Source: Methanimicrococcus sp.
GTDB taxonomy: Archaea; Halobacteriota; Methanosarcinia; Methanosarcinales; Methanosarcinaceae
Length of the DNA: 64,000 nt
NCBI GenBank assembly: GCA_034006575.1
Contig: JAVESN010000001.1
Location: 6,233 to 70,232 of the forward strand
Direction: 5' to 3'
The notes below the pieces were generated by a model. That model saw only the letters and a program-made list of their open reading frames with translations. It had not been told where the DNA came from and did not search any database. The position numbers and the translations under genes are program-made. This document shows, piece by piece, positions 19,010-29,105 of the stretch. Position 1 is the first letter of the stretch; every line of letters starts with the position of its first letter.

Positions 19010-20200
19010 ATGACCTCCGAAATAGTCATTATGAGTAAAAATGCGGTTGCTTTGGCGGCGGATAGCATTGCCACCTTATATACAAAAACCGGCGACAAGA
19101 CATATTCAACGGCGAGCAAAATTTTTGAATTAAATTGTCATCATTCCATCGGATTCATGGTTAACAACAACGCCGCTTTTCTCGGGGTTCCCTGGGAAAC
19201 GATTATGACTCTTTACAAAAAAGAATCCGCCGAAAAATCATATGCCGCGTTGGAAGATTGCGTCGATGATTTTATAAAGTTTTTAGAAACGTGTCATTTA
19301 TTTTCACACGAAAACCAATTAAAAATGGCTTTTGCAGAATTGAGGTATTTCCAAGAGTTTATTCTTTATCGGTTCGAAAAAGCGTTAATTGAAAAATTCG
19401 ATGAAACATCCTCCGAATTAAGTTATGACGAACAAATCGCTGTATTGCGATCCTGTTTAAATAATTTGATCGAATCGACAAAAAAGATAGACGATTACAT
19501 AGATTGCGATGATTCGTTTATTGAAAAATATTTTGATGAAATCGAAGAGATATTGAAACAATATTATGAGAATATTTATGACGATTTAAAAATTGAAATA
19601 ATTGAACTCAATAAATGCTATTTTAGAAAAAGTCTTGAGGAATATTATACCCGCGTCGTTGTTGCCGGTTTCGGATGTAATGATCTTTTCCCCAAAATAT
19701 GTCATATAAACATCGACCGTATGATTGAAAATAAACTTTATTACACGAAAGATTTCGTAGAATCAGGCGATAACGGACACGGGGCGGCTATTTTCCCCTT
19801 TTCTCAACAGGACACAATAGACACATTTGTTTGCGGGATTAACACTCATTTCAAAGAGTATATCAAAGAATTAATCGATGAATTCTGTCCCGAGCAATCA
19901 AAAAACATGTCGGATAAAATTGAAGATTTTTCAGAAAATAATTATGCGTGTCCTATTTTTAGTGCCTTCAATCATTTGCCAAAATCAGAATTGGCGACGA
20001 TGGCCGAAACCCTCATTCATTTAACGTTTTTTAATCCTAAAATCTCCGCACAACCGATGTCGATGAACGGCTCGACGGATGTGGCCGTCATCTCCAAAGA
20101 GGAAGGTTTTGTATGGATTAAACGCGAATATTATTTTGAGGCGAGTTTAAATTATCATTATATTGCAAAATATTATAATTTAATGGGAGTATTTAAATGA
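19010..20200 (+). CDS. Ntn-hydrolase / proteasome-beta-like protein with large helical insertion
   Basis: Start at ATG 19010 gives M-T1-SEIVIMSKNAVALAADS...KIF (Thr1 nucleophile, AADS, K33-like motifs); C-terminal DVAVISKEEGFVWIKR; TATA-like TTTTATA ~25 bp upstream. Confidence 0.75.
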   Translation: MTSEIVIMSKNAVALAADSIATLYTKTGDKTYSTASKIFELNCHHSIGFMVNNNAAFLGVPWETIMTLYKKESAEKSYAALEDCVDDFIKFLETCHLFSHENQLKMAFAELRYFQEFILYRFEKALIEKFDETSSELSYDEQIAVLRSCLNNLIESTKKIDDYIDCDDSFIEKYFDEIEEILKQYYENIYDDLKIEIIELNKCYFRKSLEEYYTRVVVAGFGCNDLFPKICHINIDRMIENKLYYTKDFVESGDNGHGAAIFPFSQQDTIDTFVCGINTHFKEYIKELIDEFCPEQSKNMSDKIEDFSENNYACPIFSAFNHLPKSELATMAETLIHLTFFNPKISAQPMSMNGSTDVAVISKEEGFVWIKREYYFEASLNYHYIAKYYNLMGVFK

Positions 20201-20325
20201 AAAAATACAAATCTTTTGAAGAATTTGAAAAAGAATTTCTTCCAAACAGGCACAAAAGAAAAACCACAGAACCCTCCCAAAACTTTGACCGATTCTTTGC
20301 TTCAATGAAAACAAAAAACCGATAA
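20197..20325 (+). CDS. 42-aa basic microprotein (copy 2), ATGA-coupled to the Ntn-hydrolase
   Basis: MKKYKSFEEFEKEFLPNRHKRKTTEPSQNFDRFFASMKTKNR; GGGAG RBS-like element upstream; start overlaps the upstream TGA. Confidence 0.65.
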   Translation: MKKYKSFEEFEKEFLPNRHKRKTTEPSQNFDRFFASMKTKNR

Positions 20326-20417
20326 CCTTTTTTATATTCCATTTTTTATTTTTATATCTCATTTTTTATTTATAATATATTTTTTATTTTGAATTCATTT
20401 TTTTATTTTTAATCTTC

Positions 20418-21170
20418 TCATTCCCGACATTTGCAATTCTCAATCAAACGCGGATACACTTTCTCAATTATGGTTTCCAAATTGACAATATCTTCGCGAT
20501 TGTATTCCAAAAGCGTATCTAAAGCCGCCTCGTCGCCGCGCCGGTATTTTCTCCACAAGCGAACGGCTTCCCACCCGTCGACATCTTTTACGTTGTCGCC
20601 GCGAACGATTCCGATTTCGCGCTCGATTTTTTTAAGACCGCCGCTGTAGCCGATTCTTTTGAGCGGATACATCAAATCCATATGCAAATGATTGAAACAA
20701 ATTTCCGGAAATTCGTGTTTGATAAAAGGCAAATCAAAGCGTGCGCCGTTAAATGTAATCAGCATTTTGTATTTTGAAAACTCATCGACGATGTCGTCCA
20801 AATCAATACCCTGAACGTACGTTTTGGCTTCTTTTCGATTGTAAATCCCGACAACCGTTATCGTATCGTATCCGGGGGACAAGCCGGTTGTTTCAATATC
20901 CACAAAAGCGACGTCCTTGCAAAATTCGGAATAAGCGCGCCAATGCTCGGCCGACGGCAATTTTTCGGCAAAAAAAGAATGATCTTTTTCTTTTAAACGG
21001 GACTCGGATTCCTCAATTCCGGCTTCAATCGCCTTTTGCTTCGCGCAGGAAATCGGCAAATCGGTTTTCTTCTCAAGAGCGTCGTCCCAAGATTGAATCC
21101 CAAAATCCCAAATCTTTTTTTCAACGGTTTTTCCGATGCCGTTCATTTGAATATAAGAATTTCTGAGCAT
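20418..21170 (-). CDS. YprB-like RNase H-superfamily (DEDD) exonuclease
   Basis: FVDIETTG, TFNGARFDLPF, GGLKKIE, LEYNREDIVNL. Confidence 0.88.
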   Translation of the reverse strand: MLRNSYIQMNGIGKTVEKKIWDFGIQSWDDALEKKTDLPISCAKQKAIEAGIEESESRLKEKDHSFFAEKLPSAEHWRAYSEFCKDVAFVDIETTGLSPGYDTITVVGIYNRKEAKTYVQGIDLDDIVDEFSKYKMLITFNGARFDLPFIKHEFPEICFNHLHMDLMYPLKRIGYSGGLKKIEREIGIVRGDNVKDVDGWEAVRLWRKYRRGDEAALDTLLEYNREDIVNLETIIEKVYPRLIENCKCRE

Positions 21171-21680
21171 AAACCGTAGATAGTTCTTTTCATTCTTTAA
21201 AGTTTATGAAAAAATCATTTTTTAAGGCTTTTTAAAACCAATTTAATCGGGCAAAAAAGCAAATCAAAATTAAATAAAAAACGCATCGAAAGTAATCGTC
21301 GTTTCAATTTTTGAAATATTTCCAACGCGTGTGTTTCAATCCTCTCATTGAAAAATCGGATTGATTTCTCCTTATCGACTTCTTATCTGAAATTTATTCT
21401 TATATCGCTATCGTTTTTTTCTTTCGCTTAAACCATTGTTTAAATCCGATTTTCATGAAACGATTCTTTTCGCAAATGGAACCGTTAATCCGTAATACGC
21501 GCTATCCGGCGGGCTTTTAAAACACACCTGTTTCATCCGATTTCTTCATTCATACGTCTATTGTTTTATTTTTATATTATCTCTGTTTTATATTTTGTCT
21601 CCTCTCTATATTGTTTAATTTTTATATTATTCAGTCCTTTTATATTATCCCCTCTGTTTTATTCCGGTTTTTTTATTTTT

Positions 21681-22079
21681 TCACATGATATCTTCTAATC
21701 TTTTTAACGCATTGGAATATCGTAACTCCCCGTTTGCATCTTTTATCACATAGTCTTCACGCCTGACCGTGCAAAAGAAATCTTTTCTTTCCTTATGAAT
21801 GTCGGCAACCATCGTTGTTACGATGTAAATCGTTCCATCTTTTTCAGGCGGCAGCTTTGTTTTTGTTTTGTCCGGTATGGATGAGAATATTTTTATTCCA
21901 TTGACGTAACACTATAAAATTTTTTTAACGTGAATCGTTACGATTTTATCTCCCAACGCGGCAGGATAAATGGACAATTCATTATCTTCATTCAATATGA
22001 CAACATTGTTTCGGGTGGTGTTTACAATCTTGTATCCGGAATATTCATACACGTCATTGTCTTCATTCGTTAAATTCAT
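21681..22079 (-). CDS. Hypothetical (phage-type) protein, 132 codons with one in-frame TAG at 21912-21914
   Basis: Manual translation: MNLTNED...KIVNTTRNNVVIL...VKKIL*CYVNGIKIF...KLPPEKDGTIYIVTTMVA...RKDFF...KDANGELRYSNALKRLEDIM; both halves fit one family pattern (NLTPH...LP..EG..YIVS...R.D...RD..G). Confidence 0.6.
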
Positions 22080-22085
22080 TAACAG

Positions 22086-22376
22086 TCACCACCCCGTTTG
22101 CGAAATGACGCCCTCTTCTTTTATGCTAATGCGGTCCGTGTCAACGTTTCCTTTAAATCTTAATATTTCCCAAAACTTTCTGACACGCATTGATTGTAAG
22201 TAAGGATGTTTTTTTCCGTCATAGAAAACATCATTTTTTATTTTCCCCGGATTTTCTCCTGTTTCTTGTTTAAACAACCCGGCGTATTCAATGTTGCAAC
22301 TCCGACCTCTTCCGGATGTATCGCCCCGACATATGCCATTCCCGCAACCGCATTTTTTTTTCGGTCTTTCTTTCAT
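22086..22376 (-). CDS. Hypothetical protein (possibly degenerate)
   Basis: ORF track only; stop lies 6 nt before the ATG of the 22079 gene, consistent with a small operon; no recognisable motif. Confidence 0.3.
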   Translation of the reverse strand: MKERPKKKCGCGNGICRGDTSGRGRSCNIEYAGLFKQETGENPGKIKNDVFYDGKKHPYLQSMRVRKFWEILRFKGNVDTDRISIKEEGVISQTGW

Positions 22377-22640
22377 TTTTAATCACTCTTTCCTATCCCT
22401 TCGCATTTTTATAAAACGATGGTTTTAACCCATCAAATTATATTTAAAAAAACAAACACTTATACGAATAGGTAACATAATAATCTATTCTGTAAAGTTT
22501 AAATTATAAAAAAGGTTTTGAATTTATCAAAAAATATCCGGTGTCATTCGATAAACTCAAGCCGATCTCCTAAACGTCGCCGGCGGCTCATTCATCTCTG
22601 TCTTTTGGAGTCATTTCATTCGATGACCCCTTTTGAGTTT

Positions 22641-23201
22641 TTAATATCTTTCATATCCCGTCGCTGTTTGTCTTTTTTCAAGAGCGAATGTCAGCGCGTT
22701 AATCTGTGTCGGAATCGCACCGATTGCCGTGCACGTTTCAAGAGAAATGCCTTTGGTTGTAATGTCCAAATGATATTGGGCTCTTTCAAAAAGGTCTTTT
22801 GGGAGTCCTTTTCGACCCAAACCGACTAAAAACATATAGGATTTCTTTTTCATATTTCCGGCGGCGACATCAAGCGGCGTCAACGTTTTTTGAGGGGACG
22901 GTTTGGAGGTGGTTGTGACAACCGAGCCGAAATGCGCGGGAAAGCCTTTTGGAGGCAAATCCGAGACAAACAAATGATGTTCTTGGTTTAACAAATCCAA
23001 ATATTTTCCGGATTCTCCGATTGTGGTTTTATCCATCACGAATTCAACCAGCTCATTTTTTTCCATTTTAAACGGAAAATCAAAAAGCGCAAGCGAAAAA
23101 CCGTAAGCGTAGCAAATCGGCGCGGCTCTCGCAATCGCTCGGTAATGCGCGTCAACGATTTTGATTTTATCATACATATTTACAATGCCCATTGTCAGCA
23201 T
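22641..23201 (-). CDS. DUF531 family protein (predicted SPOUT-class RNA methyltransferase)
   Basis: MLTMGIVNMYDK...AHYRAIARAAP...GLGRKGLP...HLDIT..GISLETCTAIG. Confidence 0.8.
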   Translation of the reverse strand: MLTMGIVNMYDKIKIVDAHYRAIARAAPICYAYGFSLALFDFPFKMEKNELVEFVMDKTTIGESGKYLDLLNQEHHLFVSDLPPKGFPAHFGSVVTTTSKPSPQKTLTPLDVAAGNMKKKSYMFLVGLGRKGLPKDLFERAQYHLDITTKGISLETCTAIGAIPTQINALTFALEKRQTATGYERY

Positions 23202-23373
23202 AAATCTCTCTCTTTGTTGGTTCTTCAAATTATTTTAAGGAATTTGGATTTTTGGTTTTTATTCTTCTTCAAAACTCGATAGCGCATTTTTATTTTTTCT
23301 GAAAACGTGACGACGGCAAAACAATAAATGCCGCGCGGCGCAAAAAGAGTCGAGTCCGATTTCTTTTGTATAT

Positions 23374-24474
23374 TCATGAAGACCGCTCATAAATCACATA
23401 CTGATGTTCTTGAAGGATTTGAATCGCTTTTTTCAACGCTTCTTCTTCATAAAATTCAATTTTTAAAACACCTTCTTCAAATTCTCTGTTATGAATAATT
23501 CCGATGTTTTTAATATTAATCTGATTGTTTGCCAAAACGGTCGCAATCGCTGCAATTCCGCCGGTCTCATCCGGAATGTCGCAATAGAAGGCAAAAGTTT
23601 TTTGAATCAATCCGGCAGCCGCATCCGGTACTGTTTGGCGGTAATCGTTGGCAGATGAAAACATATCATAAAGAGCTTGAGCCTCTTTTTTTTCAATTTT
23701 ATCTTTCGTTTGTTCTAAAAAAGAAATAAATTTTTCCAAAATGACTGTGATTTTTTCGCTGTTTTCAACACAAATCTGCTGCCACATAACGGGCGAAGAC
23801 GATGCGATTCGTGTCATATCTTTAAAGCCGCCGGCCGCCAATGTTTTCATCAATTCCTCGTCCGAATCATTTTCTTTGACATAATTGACAAGAGTTGTCG
23901 CCAATAAATGCGGCAGATGACTGATTGTTCCCGTAACGCAATCGTGCTGCTCATAATCCAAAACAATCGGAATCGCTTTTAAAGATTCGATAAAAGCGGT
24001 CATTTTTTCAACTTTTTCGGGCGAAACTTTTTCCGACAGCGTGAGAATGTAATAAGCGTTTTCAATCAATATCGCCTTGGAATTGGAATAACCCGATTTT
24101 TCCGAGCCGGCCATCGGGTGCCCACCGATAAAATTTTCTTCCATTCCGAGCGCGATGACTTCGTCATGAATCGGTTTTTTGACGCTGCCGACGTCCGTTA
24201 AAATACACATTTCGTCCACGATTTGTTTCAGTTGAGTTAAATAAGCGTTGTTAAAAGAGACCGGCGCGCACAAAAAGATGTAGTCGCAACGGCTGAAATT
24301 TTCATCCACGGAAGAGCAGGCGACATCGACAACCCCTTCCTTGACGGCAAGCGCTAAGGATTCTTCATTCTTATTAAAAGCCACAATCTCCGAATCCGGG
24401 TGGTATTGCCGAACGGCTTTTGCAATCGAGCCGCCGATTAATCCGAGACCGATAAAACCGATTTTGAGCGTCAT
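23374..24474 (-). CDS. tyrA: Prephenate dehydrogenase with C-terminal ACT domain (bacterial type)
   Basis: GLGLIGGS, TDVGSVK, GGHPMAGSE, SHLPH, GGFKDMTRIA; ACT-like DETGGIA tail. Confidence 0.92.
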   Translation of the reverse strand: MTLKIGFIGLGLIGGSIAKAVRQYHPDSEIVAFNKNEESLALAVKEGVVDVACSSVDENFSRCDYIFLCAPVSFNNAYLTQLKQIVDEMCILTDVGSVKKPIHDEVIALGMEENFIGGHPMAGSEKSGYSNSKAILIENAYYILTLSEKVSPEKVEKMTAFIESLKAIPIVLDYEQHDCVTGTISHLPHLLATTLVNYVKENDSDEELMKTLAAGGFKDMTRIASSSPVMWQQICVENSEKITVILEKFISFLEQTKDKIEKKEAQALYDMFSSANDYRQTVPDAAAGLIQKTFAFYCDIPDETGGIAAIATVLANNQINIKNIGIIHNREFEEGVLKIEFYEEEALKKAIQILQEHQYVIYERSS

Positions 24475-24510
24475 TTGCGTTCCTTTTTATTTTTAATTTA
24501 TTTTTTTAAT

Positions 24511-24987
24511 TTATGTCTCTATATTTTTAATAAGCACTGTTTGAGAACATATTTCTATTTTATTGCATAAAAAACACTCTTCCCACAATTCCGTTTTATC
24601 GGGAGTCGCTTTTTCAAAGCCGATGTGTTCAAAAAAATCGGGTGCGGTTGTTCGCGTGTAGATGGTTTTTAGGGTTTTTGACTCACTTGAAATTCGATTT
24701 TCAATTTCCGTTATCAATCGATTCAAAAGAAACTTTCCGATTCCTTTATTTCTGTAAGCCGGCAAAACGGCAATCGTATGAATTTCATAAAACCCCAAAT
24801 CTTCGTTTCGCGCTTTTATTTTTTCAAACACGGCGCAGCCGACAACTTTCTCTCCGGCGCGGGCGATATAAAAATCTTCATACGGAATTTCGTCGCGATC
24901 TAAAAAATAAGTTGAGAGAATAATGTCAATCGAGACAGCATCCTCTTTTTGGGCGCGGCATATTTTGATCTCTTCTTCTTTACCCAA
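24511..24987 (-). CDS. GNAT family N-acetyltransferase (ArgA-like)
   Basis: IAVLPAYRNKGIG acetyl-CoA motif; C-terminal WEECxxC. Confidence 0.85.
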   Translation of the reverse strand: MGKEEEIKICRAQKEDAVSIDIILSTYFLDRDEIPYEDFYIARAGEKVVGCAVFEKIKARNEDLGFYEIHTIAVLPAYRNKGIGKFLLNRLITEIENRISSESKTLKTIYTRTTAPDFFEHIGFEKATPDKTELWEECFLCNKIEICSQTVLIKNIET

Positions 24988-25016
24988 ATTTATTTTCCCG
25001 CCTTTCTTTTTCTCTT

Positions 25017-25886
25017 TTAAATATCCATGCTTCCGCTTTTAAACCCTTCCAAATCCAAAGTCACATAAGAAAATCCGTTTCGCTTTAAAAAATCAATCAA
25101 CTCATCCAGACACATTTGATTTTTCTTTTTTAAGAACAACTTCATTTCTTTTTTATCGACTTCAATTCGCGCGATTTTTCGGCCGGCGCCGTCGGCGTGG
25201 CAGCGAATTCGGATTTGTTTGGCGCCGATTCTTGCCGGGATTTTTTCTGCGTCCGCAATCCCTTTTAAAAGAGAGGGCGAAAGAGGCGTATCATATGAAA
25301 ACCGCGTTGCCAAACAGGACATGGACGGTTTGTCGGCAACAGACAGCTTTCTTTTTTTTGCCATTTTTCGGACTTCTTCTTTTTTTATTTTTAAATCCGC
25401 CAGAGGCGTTTTTACTTTCGCGCCCGCCTTTTCTTTTTCCTGTTTTCTTTTTTGCTCGGCGATAAATAAAAATCCGGGGCGCGGGATCTCATCGGATTCG
25501 CTCAACAATCGATCCGAATCATTCGTTCCCTCTACGACGGTTTCAAATCCGTTTTCATCGGCGTATTTCAAAAGGGCGGCGATGATTTCTTTTTTGCAGG
25601 CATAACAGCGATTTTTTTGATTCATGCGAATTTCGGGAATCTCCAATATCTTTTTTTCAAGAATGATGTGTTTGATTCCGATTTCTTTGGCCGTTTTTTT
25701 CGCGTTTTTGATTTCCGCTTCCGCTGTCAACTCCGTTTGAATCGTGACGGCAATCGCATCGGATCCCAATTTGTCAAAAGCGATCGCTGCCAAAAGTGAA
25801 CTGTCCGCACCACCCGAAAAAGCGACAACGACCCTTTTATTCTCTTTAAAAAATGTTTCCATTTTTTTTTCTTTTTTTGAAATCAT
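25017..25886 (-). CDS. larE: ATP-dependent sacrificial sulfur transferase LarE family
   Basis: AFSGGADS PP-loop, RCYACK, EGTNDSD, RPG, SCLATR, VTLDLEGFKSGSM. Confidence 0.88.
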   Translation of the reverse strand: MISKKEKKMETFFKENKRVVVAFSGGADSSLLAAIAFDKLGSDAIAVTIQTELTAEAEIKNAKKTAKEIGIKHIILEKKILEIPEIRMNQKNRCYACKKEIIAALLKYADENGFETVVEGTNDSDRLLSESDEIPRPGFLFIAEQKRKQEKEKAGAKVKTPLADLKIKKEEVRKMAKKRKLSVADKPSMSCLATRFSYDTPLSPSLLKGIADAEKIPARIGAKQIRIRCHADGAGRKIARIEVDKKEMKLFLKKKNQMCLDELIDFLKRNGFSYVTLDLEGFKSGSMDI

Positions 25887-25958
25887 TTTTTTAAAATCAC
25901 TTTTTTAAAATCATTTTTTAAAATCATTTTTTAAAATCATTTTTTAAAATCATTTTTT
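25878..25958. repeat. ~14-bp aaaatcattttt(t) tandem repeat x~6
   Basis: Direct inspection. Confidence 0.8.
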
Positions 25959-26125
25959 TTGTCTTCATTCTATTATTTATTGTTTTTATTAAATGATTTA
26001 ATGGAATTTAATTTCTCTGATAAATGACAATTCATTTTTTTAAATTCCCTTTGAGGAAAAATTAATAAACTATTTCGTTTTTCAAATAACCGTTTATTCA
26101 TTTCAAATTTAAAAAGTGTTTCAGT

Positions 26126-26620
26126 ATGGAAAATGCAACATATAAAGGAAAAACCTTTAAATTCGGTGACGATGTGGACACGGACGCTGTGATTCCCGGG
26201 ACGTATTTAATCTTTAACACGCCCGAAGAGTTATCCCGATATACATTTTGCGGGGTTCGGCCGGATTTTGTCACGCAAGTTCAGCCCGGGGATATCGTTG
26301 TCGGCGGAAGTAATTTTGGATGCGGCTCCTCAAGGGAACACGCGCCGCTGGCATTAATCGGCTCAAAGGTCAGTTGTGTCATTGCCAAATCTTTTGCGCG
26401 TATTTTTTATCGCAATTCCATTAACGTCGGCTTGCCGCTCATTGAATGCGCCGATGCCGATCGCATTTCTGAGGGCGACCTTTTAGAAGTGGACCTCGGC
26501 GCGGGAATTGTCAAAAACTTAACTCAAAACGAAGAGTATCAAACCGTGCCGTTTCCGGACTTCTTATTACAGATTGTTGACGACGGCGGGTTAATCAAAC
26601 ACACGCAGAAAAACCTGTAA
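26126..26620 (+). CDS. leuD: 3-isopropylmalate dehydratase small subunit (LeuD/DmdB type)
   Basis: FGDDVDTD, NFGCGSSREHAP, SFARIFYRN. Confidence 0.88.
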   Translation: MENATYKGKTFKFGDDVDTDAVIPGTYLIFNTPEELSRYTFCGVRPDFVTQVQPGDIVVGGSNFGCGSSREHAPLALIGSKVSCVIAKSFARIFYRNSINVGLPLIECADADRISEGDLLEVDLGAGIVKNLTQNEEYQTVPFPDFLLQIVDDGGLIKHTQKNL

Positions 26621-26768
26621 TTTTGGCGTGTTTGACAAAATTTTATTTTATTATTTTGTTACTTAATTATTTTATTATATTTTATTATATTATTATTTTA
26701 TTATTTTGTTATATTATTATTGAAAAACCGTTTCCTATTTTTTATTTTTTATCAAACAATGGAGAACT

Positions 26769-27911
26769 ATGAAAATGACTCAATACAAAGTGCCGGTAAT
26801 CGGCGGAGATGGCATCGGTCCCGAAATCGTTTCGGAAGGGCAAAAAGTAATCGACGCGGCCGGAGAAGTTTTCGGCTTTGACGTGGATTGGATTTCTTAT
26901 CCGCACGGCGCCGACCATTATTTGGAAACCGGAGAATTAATTTCCGAAGAAACGCTTCGCGAGCTCGGACAGCACAAGGCGATTTATCTCGGCGCGCTGG
27001 GCGACCCGAGGCTGACGCCGGGCATTTTGGAAAAAGGCATTCTTCTCAACCTTCGTTTCGCGTTTGACCAATACATCAATCTTCGCCCGATTAAACTTCT
27101 CAAAGGCATCGAAACCCCCCTCAAAGATAAAACGGCGGAAGATATTGATTTCGTCGTCGTTCGCGAAAATACGGAAGACTTTTACATCGGTATCGGCGGG
27201 CGCGCAACGAAAGGGCAAAAGAAAGACCTCTTGGAAGTCCAAAGGGCGCTGTATTCCGCAAAGTTCGGCCTTGACATTGAAACCGACAGCGAAGAAATCG
27301 CTTATCAAATCGGCATGATTTCAAAAGAAGGCACCAAACGCGTCATGGAATATTCTTTTGATTTGGCGGCCGGCCGAAAACAACACCTCTCATCGGTGGA
27401 CAAAGCCAACGTGTTGTCCGACATTTACGGTTTTTGGCGCGAAACTTTTGAAGAAGTCGGCAAAGGGTACCCGACGGTTCAAACGGATTTCAATTACGTG
27501 GACGCCGTTACCATGTGGTTCGTTAAAAATCCGGAATTCTTTGACGTCGTTGTCACGCCCAATATGTTCGGCGACATCATTACCGATCTCGGTGCCATGA
27601 TTCAAGGCGGACTCGGTTTGGCGCCCGGCGGCAATATCAACCCGAACGGCACCAGCATGTTTGAACCGATTCACGGTTCCGCTCCCAAATACAAAGACAT
27701 GGACCGCGCCAATCCGCTCGCAACCATTTGGGCCGGCGCGCTCATGTTAGAAACGCTCGGCGAAAAAGAAGCCGCCGATACCATCGTTTCGGCGATTGAG
27801 AAAAACATCTTGGAAAAGAAAGTCAACACCGTTGACATGGGCGGATCCGCCAAATGTTCCGAAGTCGGAACGGATGTCGCAAGAATCGTAAAAGAACTCG
27901 GTAAAAACTGA
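26769..27911 (+). CDS. leuB: 3-isopropylmalate/isocitrate dehydrogenase family
   Basis: [36 protein letters not shown]; adjacent to leuD. Confidence 0.8.
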   Translation: MKMTQYKVPVIGGDGIGPEIVSEGQKVIDAAGEVFGFDVDWISYPHGADHYLETGELISEETLRELGQHKAIYLGALGDPRLTPGILEKGILLNLRFAFDQYINLRPIKLLKGIETPLKDKTAEDIDFVVVRENTEDFYIGIGGRATKGQKKDLLEVQRALYSAKFGLDIETDSEEIAYQIGMISKEGTKRVMEYSFDLAAGRKQHLSSVDKANVLSDIYGFWRETFEEVGKGYPTVQTDFNYVDAVTMWFVKNPEFFDVVVTPNMFGDIITDLGAMIQGGLGLAPGGNINPNGTSMFEPIHGSAPKYKDMDRANPLATIWAGALMLETLGEKEAADTIVSAIEKNILEKKVNTVDMGGSAKCSEVGTDVARIVKELGKN

Positions 27912-27997
27912 GTTTTTTACTTTTTTATTTTTTTATTATTTTAAAAAACGGACGATAAAAAACGGACGATAAAAAAATATAAAAAAAGAAACGGGTT

Positions 27998-28903
27998 TTA
28001 CCCGTCATTTTCATCAAAAATCATGGTGCCGATTCCCGTATCTGTGAACAATTCGAGAAGGAGGGAATGCGGTGTGCTTCCGTTGATAATATGAACACCC
28101 TCAACGCCGCTTTTGACGGCCACTTCGGCGCCTTTGATTTTTGGGATCATTCCGCCCGTGATGATTTCATCTTTTATCAATCCGTCGATTTCGGAAAGTT
28201 TTATTTTTGAGATACGGCTATCGCTGTCTTTCATATCTCTTAAAACGCCGGAAATGTCGGTCATCATAATGAGTTTTTTAGCGCCCAAAGCCGCCGCGAT
28301 GTCGCCGGCGACCGTGTCGGCGTTAATATTGAGCGGGTGCCCGTTTTTATCAATCGCGATGGGAGAGATGACCGGAATATATCTGTTCTCAATCATGATT
28401 CGCAGAAGGCGCGGGTTGATGATTTCGGTTTCCCCGACCCATCCGATATCGATGTCTTCTTCGTTTCCGTCCACGATGATTTTTTGACTTTTCTTTTTAT
28501 TGGCCATAATCAAGTTGGCGTCAATGCCGTTTAACCCGATGCCTTTAGCACCGTGTTTGTTGATTAAAGAAACCATTTTCGTGTTGATGTTGCCGACCAA
28601 AACCATCGTGGCGATTTCAAGCGTGTCGTCGTCCGTGACCCGAAGCCCGCCGATAAATTTGGGTTTCATTCCCATGCGCTCCATTTTATCATTGATTTCC
28701 GGTCCGCCGCCGTGAATGACAATCGGATTGATACCGACATAATGAAGCAAAACAATGTCTTGGATTATTTTTTCCATAATCGTCGTGTCTTTCTCATGGT
28801 TTAACATAGCGTTTCCGCCGACTTTTATAACCATTGTCGTTTCCGAAAAATCTCGGATGTAGGGCAATGATTCAATTAAAACATCTTCCAATTTCAATGC
28901 CAT
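27998..28903 (-). CDS. argB: Acetylglutamate kinase
   Basis: KVGGNAM, HGGGPEI, GLRVTD, NINADTVA, GGMIPK, ELFTDTGIGT. Confidence 0.95.
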   Translation of the reverse strand: MALKLEDVLIESLPYIRDFSETTMVIKVGGNAMLNHEKDTTIMEKIIQDIVLLHYVGINPIVIHGGGPEINDKMERMGMKPKFIGGLRVTDDDTLEIATMVLVGNINTKMVSLINKHGAKGIGLNGIDANLIMANKKKSQKIIVDGNEEDIDIGWVGETEIINPRLLRIMIENRYIPVISPIAIDKNGHPLNINADTVAGDIAAALGAKKLIMMTDISGVLRDMKDSDSRISKIKLSEIDGLIKDEIITGGMIPKIKGAEVAVKSGVEGVHIINGSTPHSLLLELFTDTGIGTMIFDENDG

Positions 28904-28979
28904 TTTGTTTTCTTATCCTTTTATTGTTGGGTCCGTTTTTATTTATTCGTTTATATTTATTTTTGTTTTATAGTTTTAC

Positions 28980-29105
28980 GGTTTCCGGTTTATGGTTTCC
29001 GGTTTATGGTTTCCGGTTTATGGTTTCCGGTTTATGGTTTCCGGTTTATGGTTTCCGGTTTATGGTTTCCGGTTTATGATTTCCGATTTATGATTTCCGA
29101 TTTAT
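28980..29105. repeat. 14-bp tandem repeat x9
   Basis: ggtttccggtttat x7 then gatttccgatttat x2. Confidence 0.95.

Noticed and set aside
18151-22600. Integrated provirus or island with att sites at tRNA-Thr
   Set aside because: No integrase and no convincing duplication of the tRNA 3' end; only a 9-bp ttcaaatca match inside the terminator hairpin.
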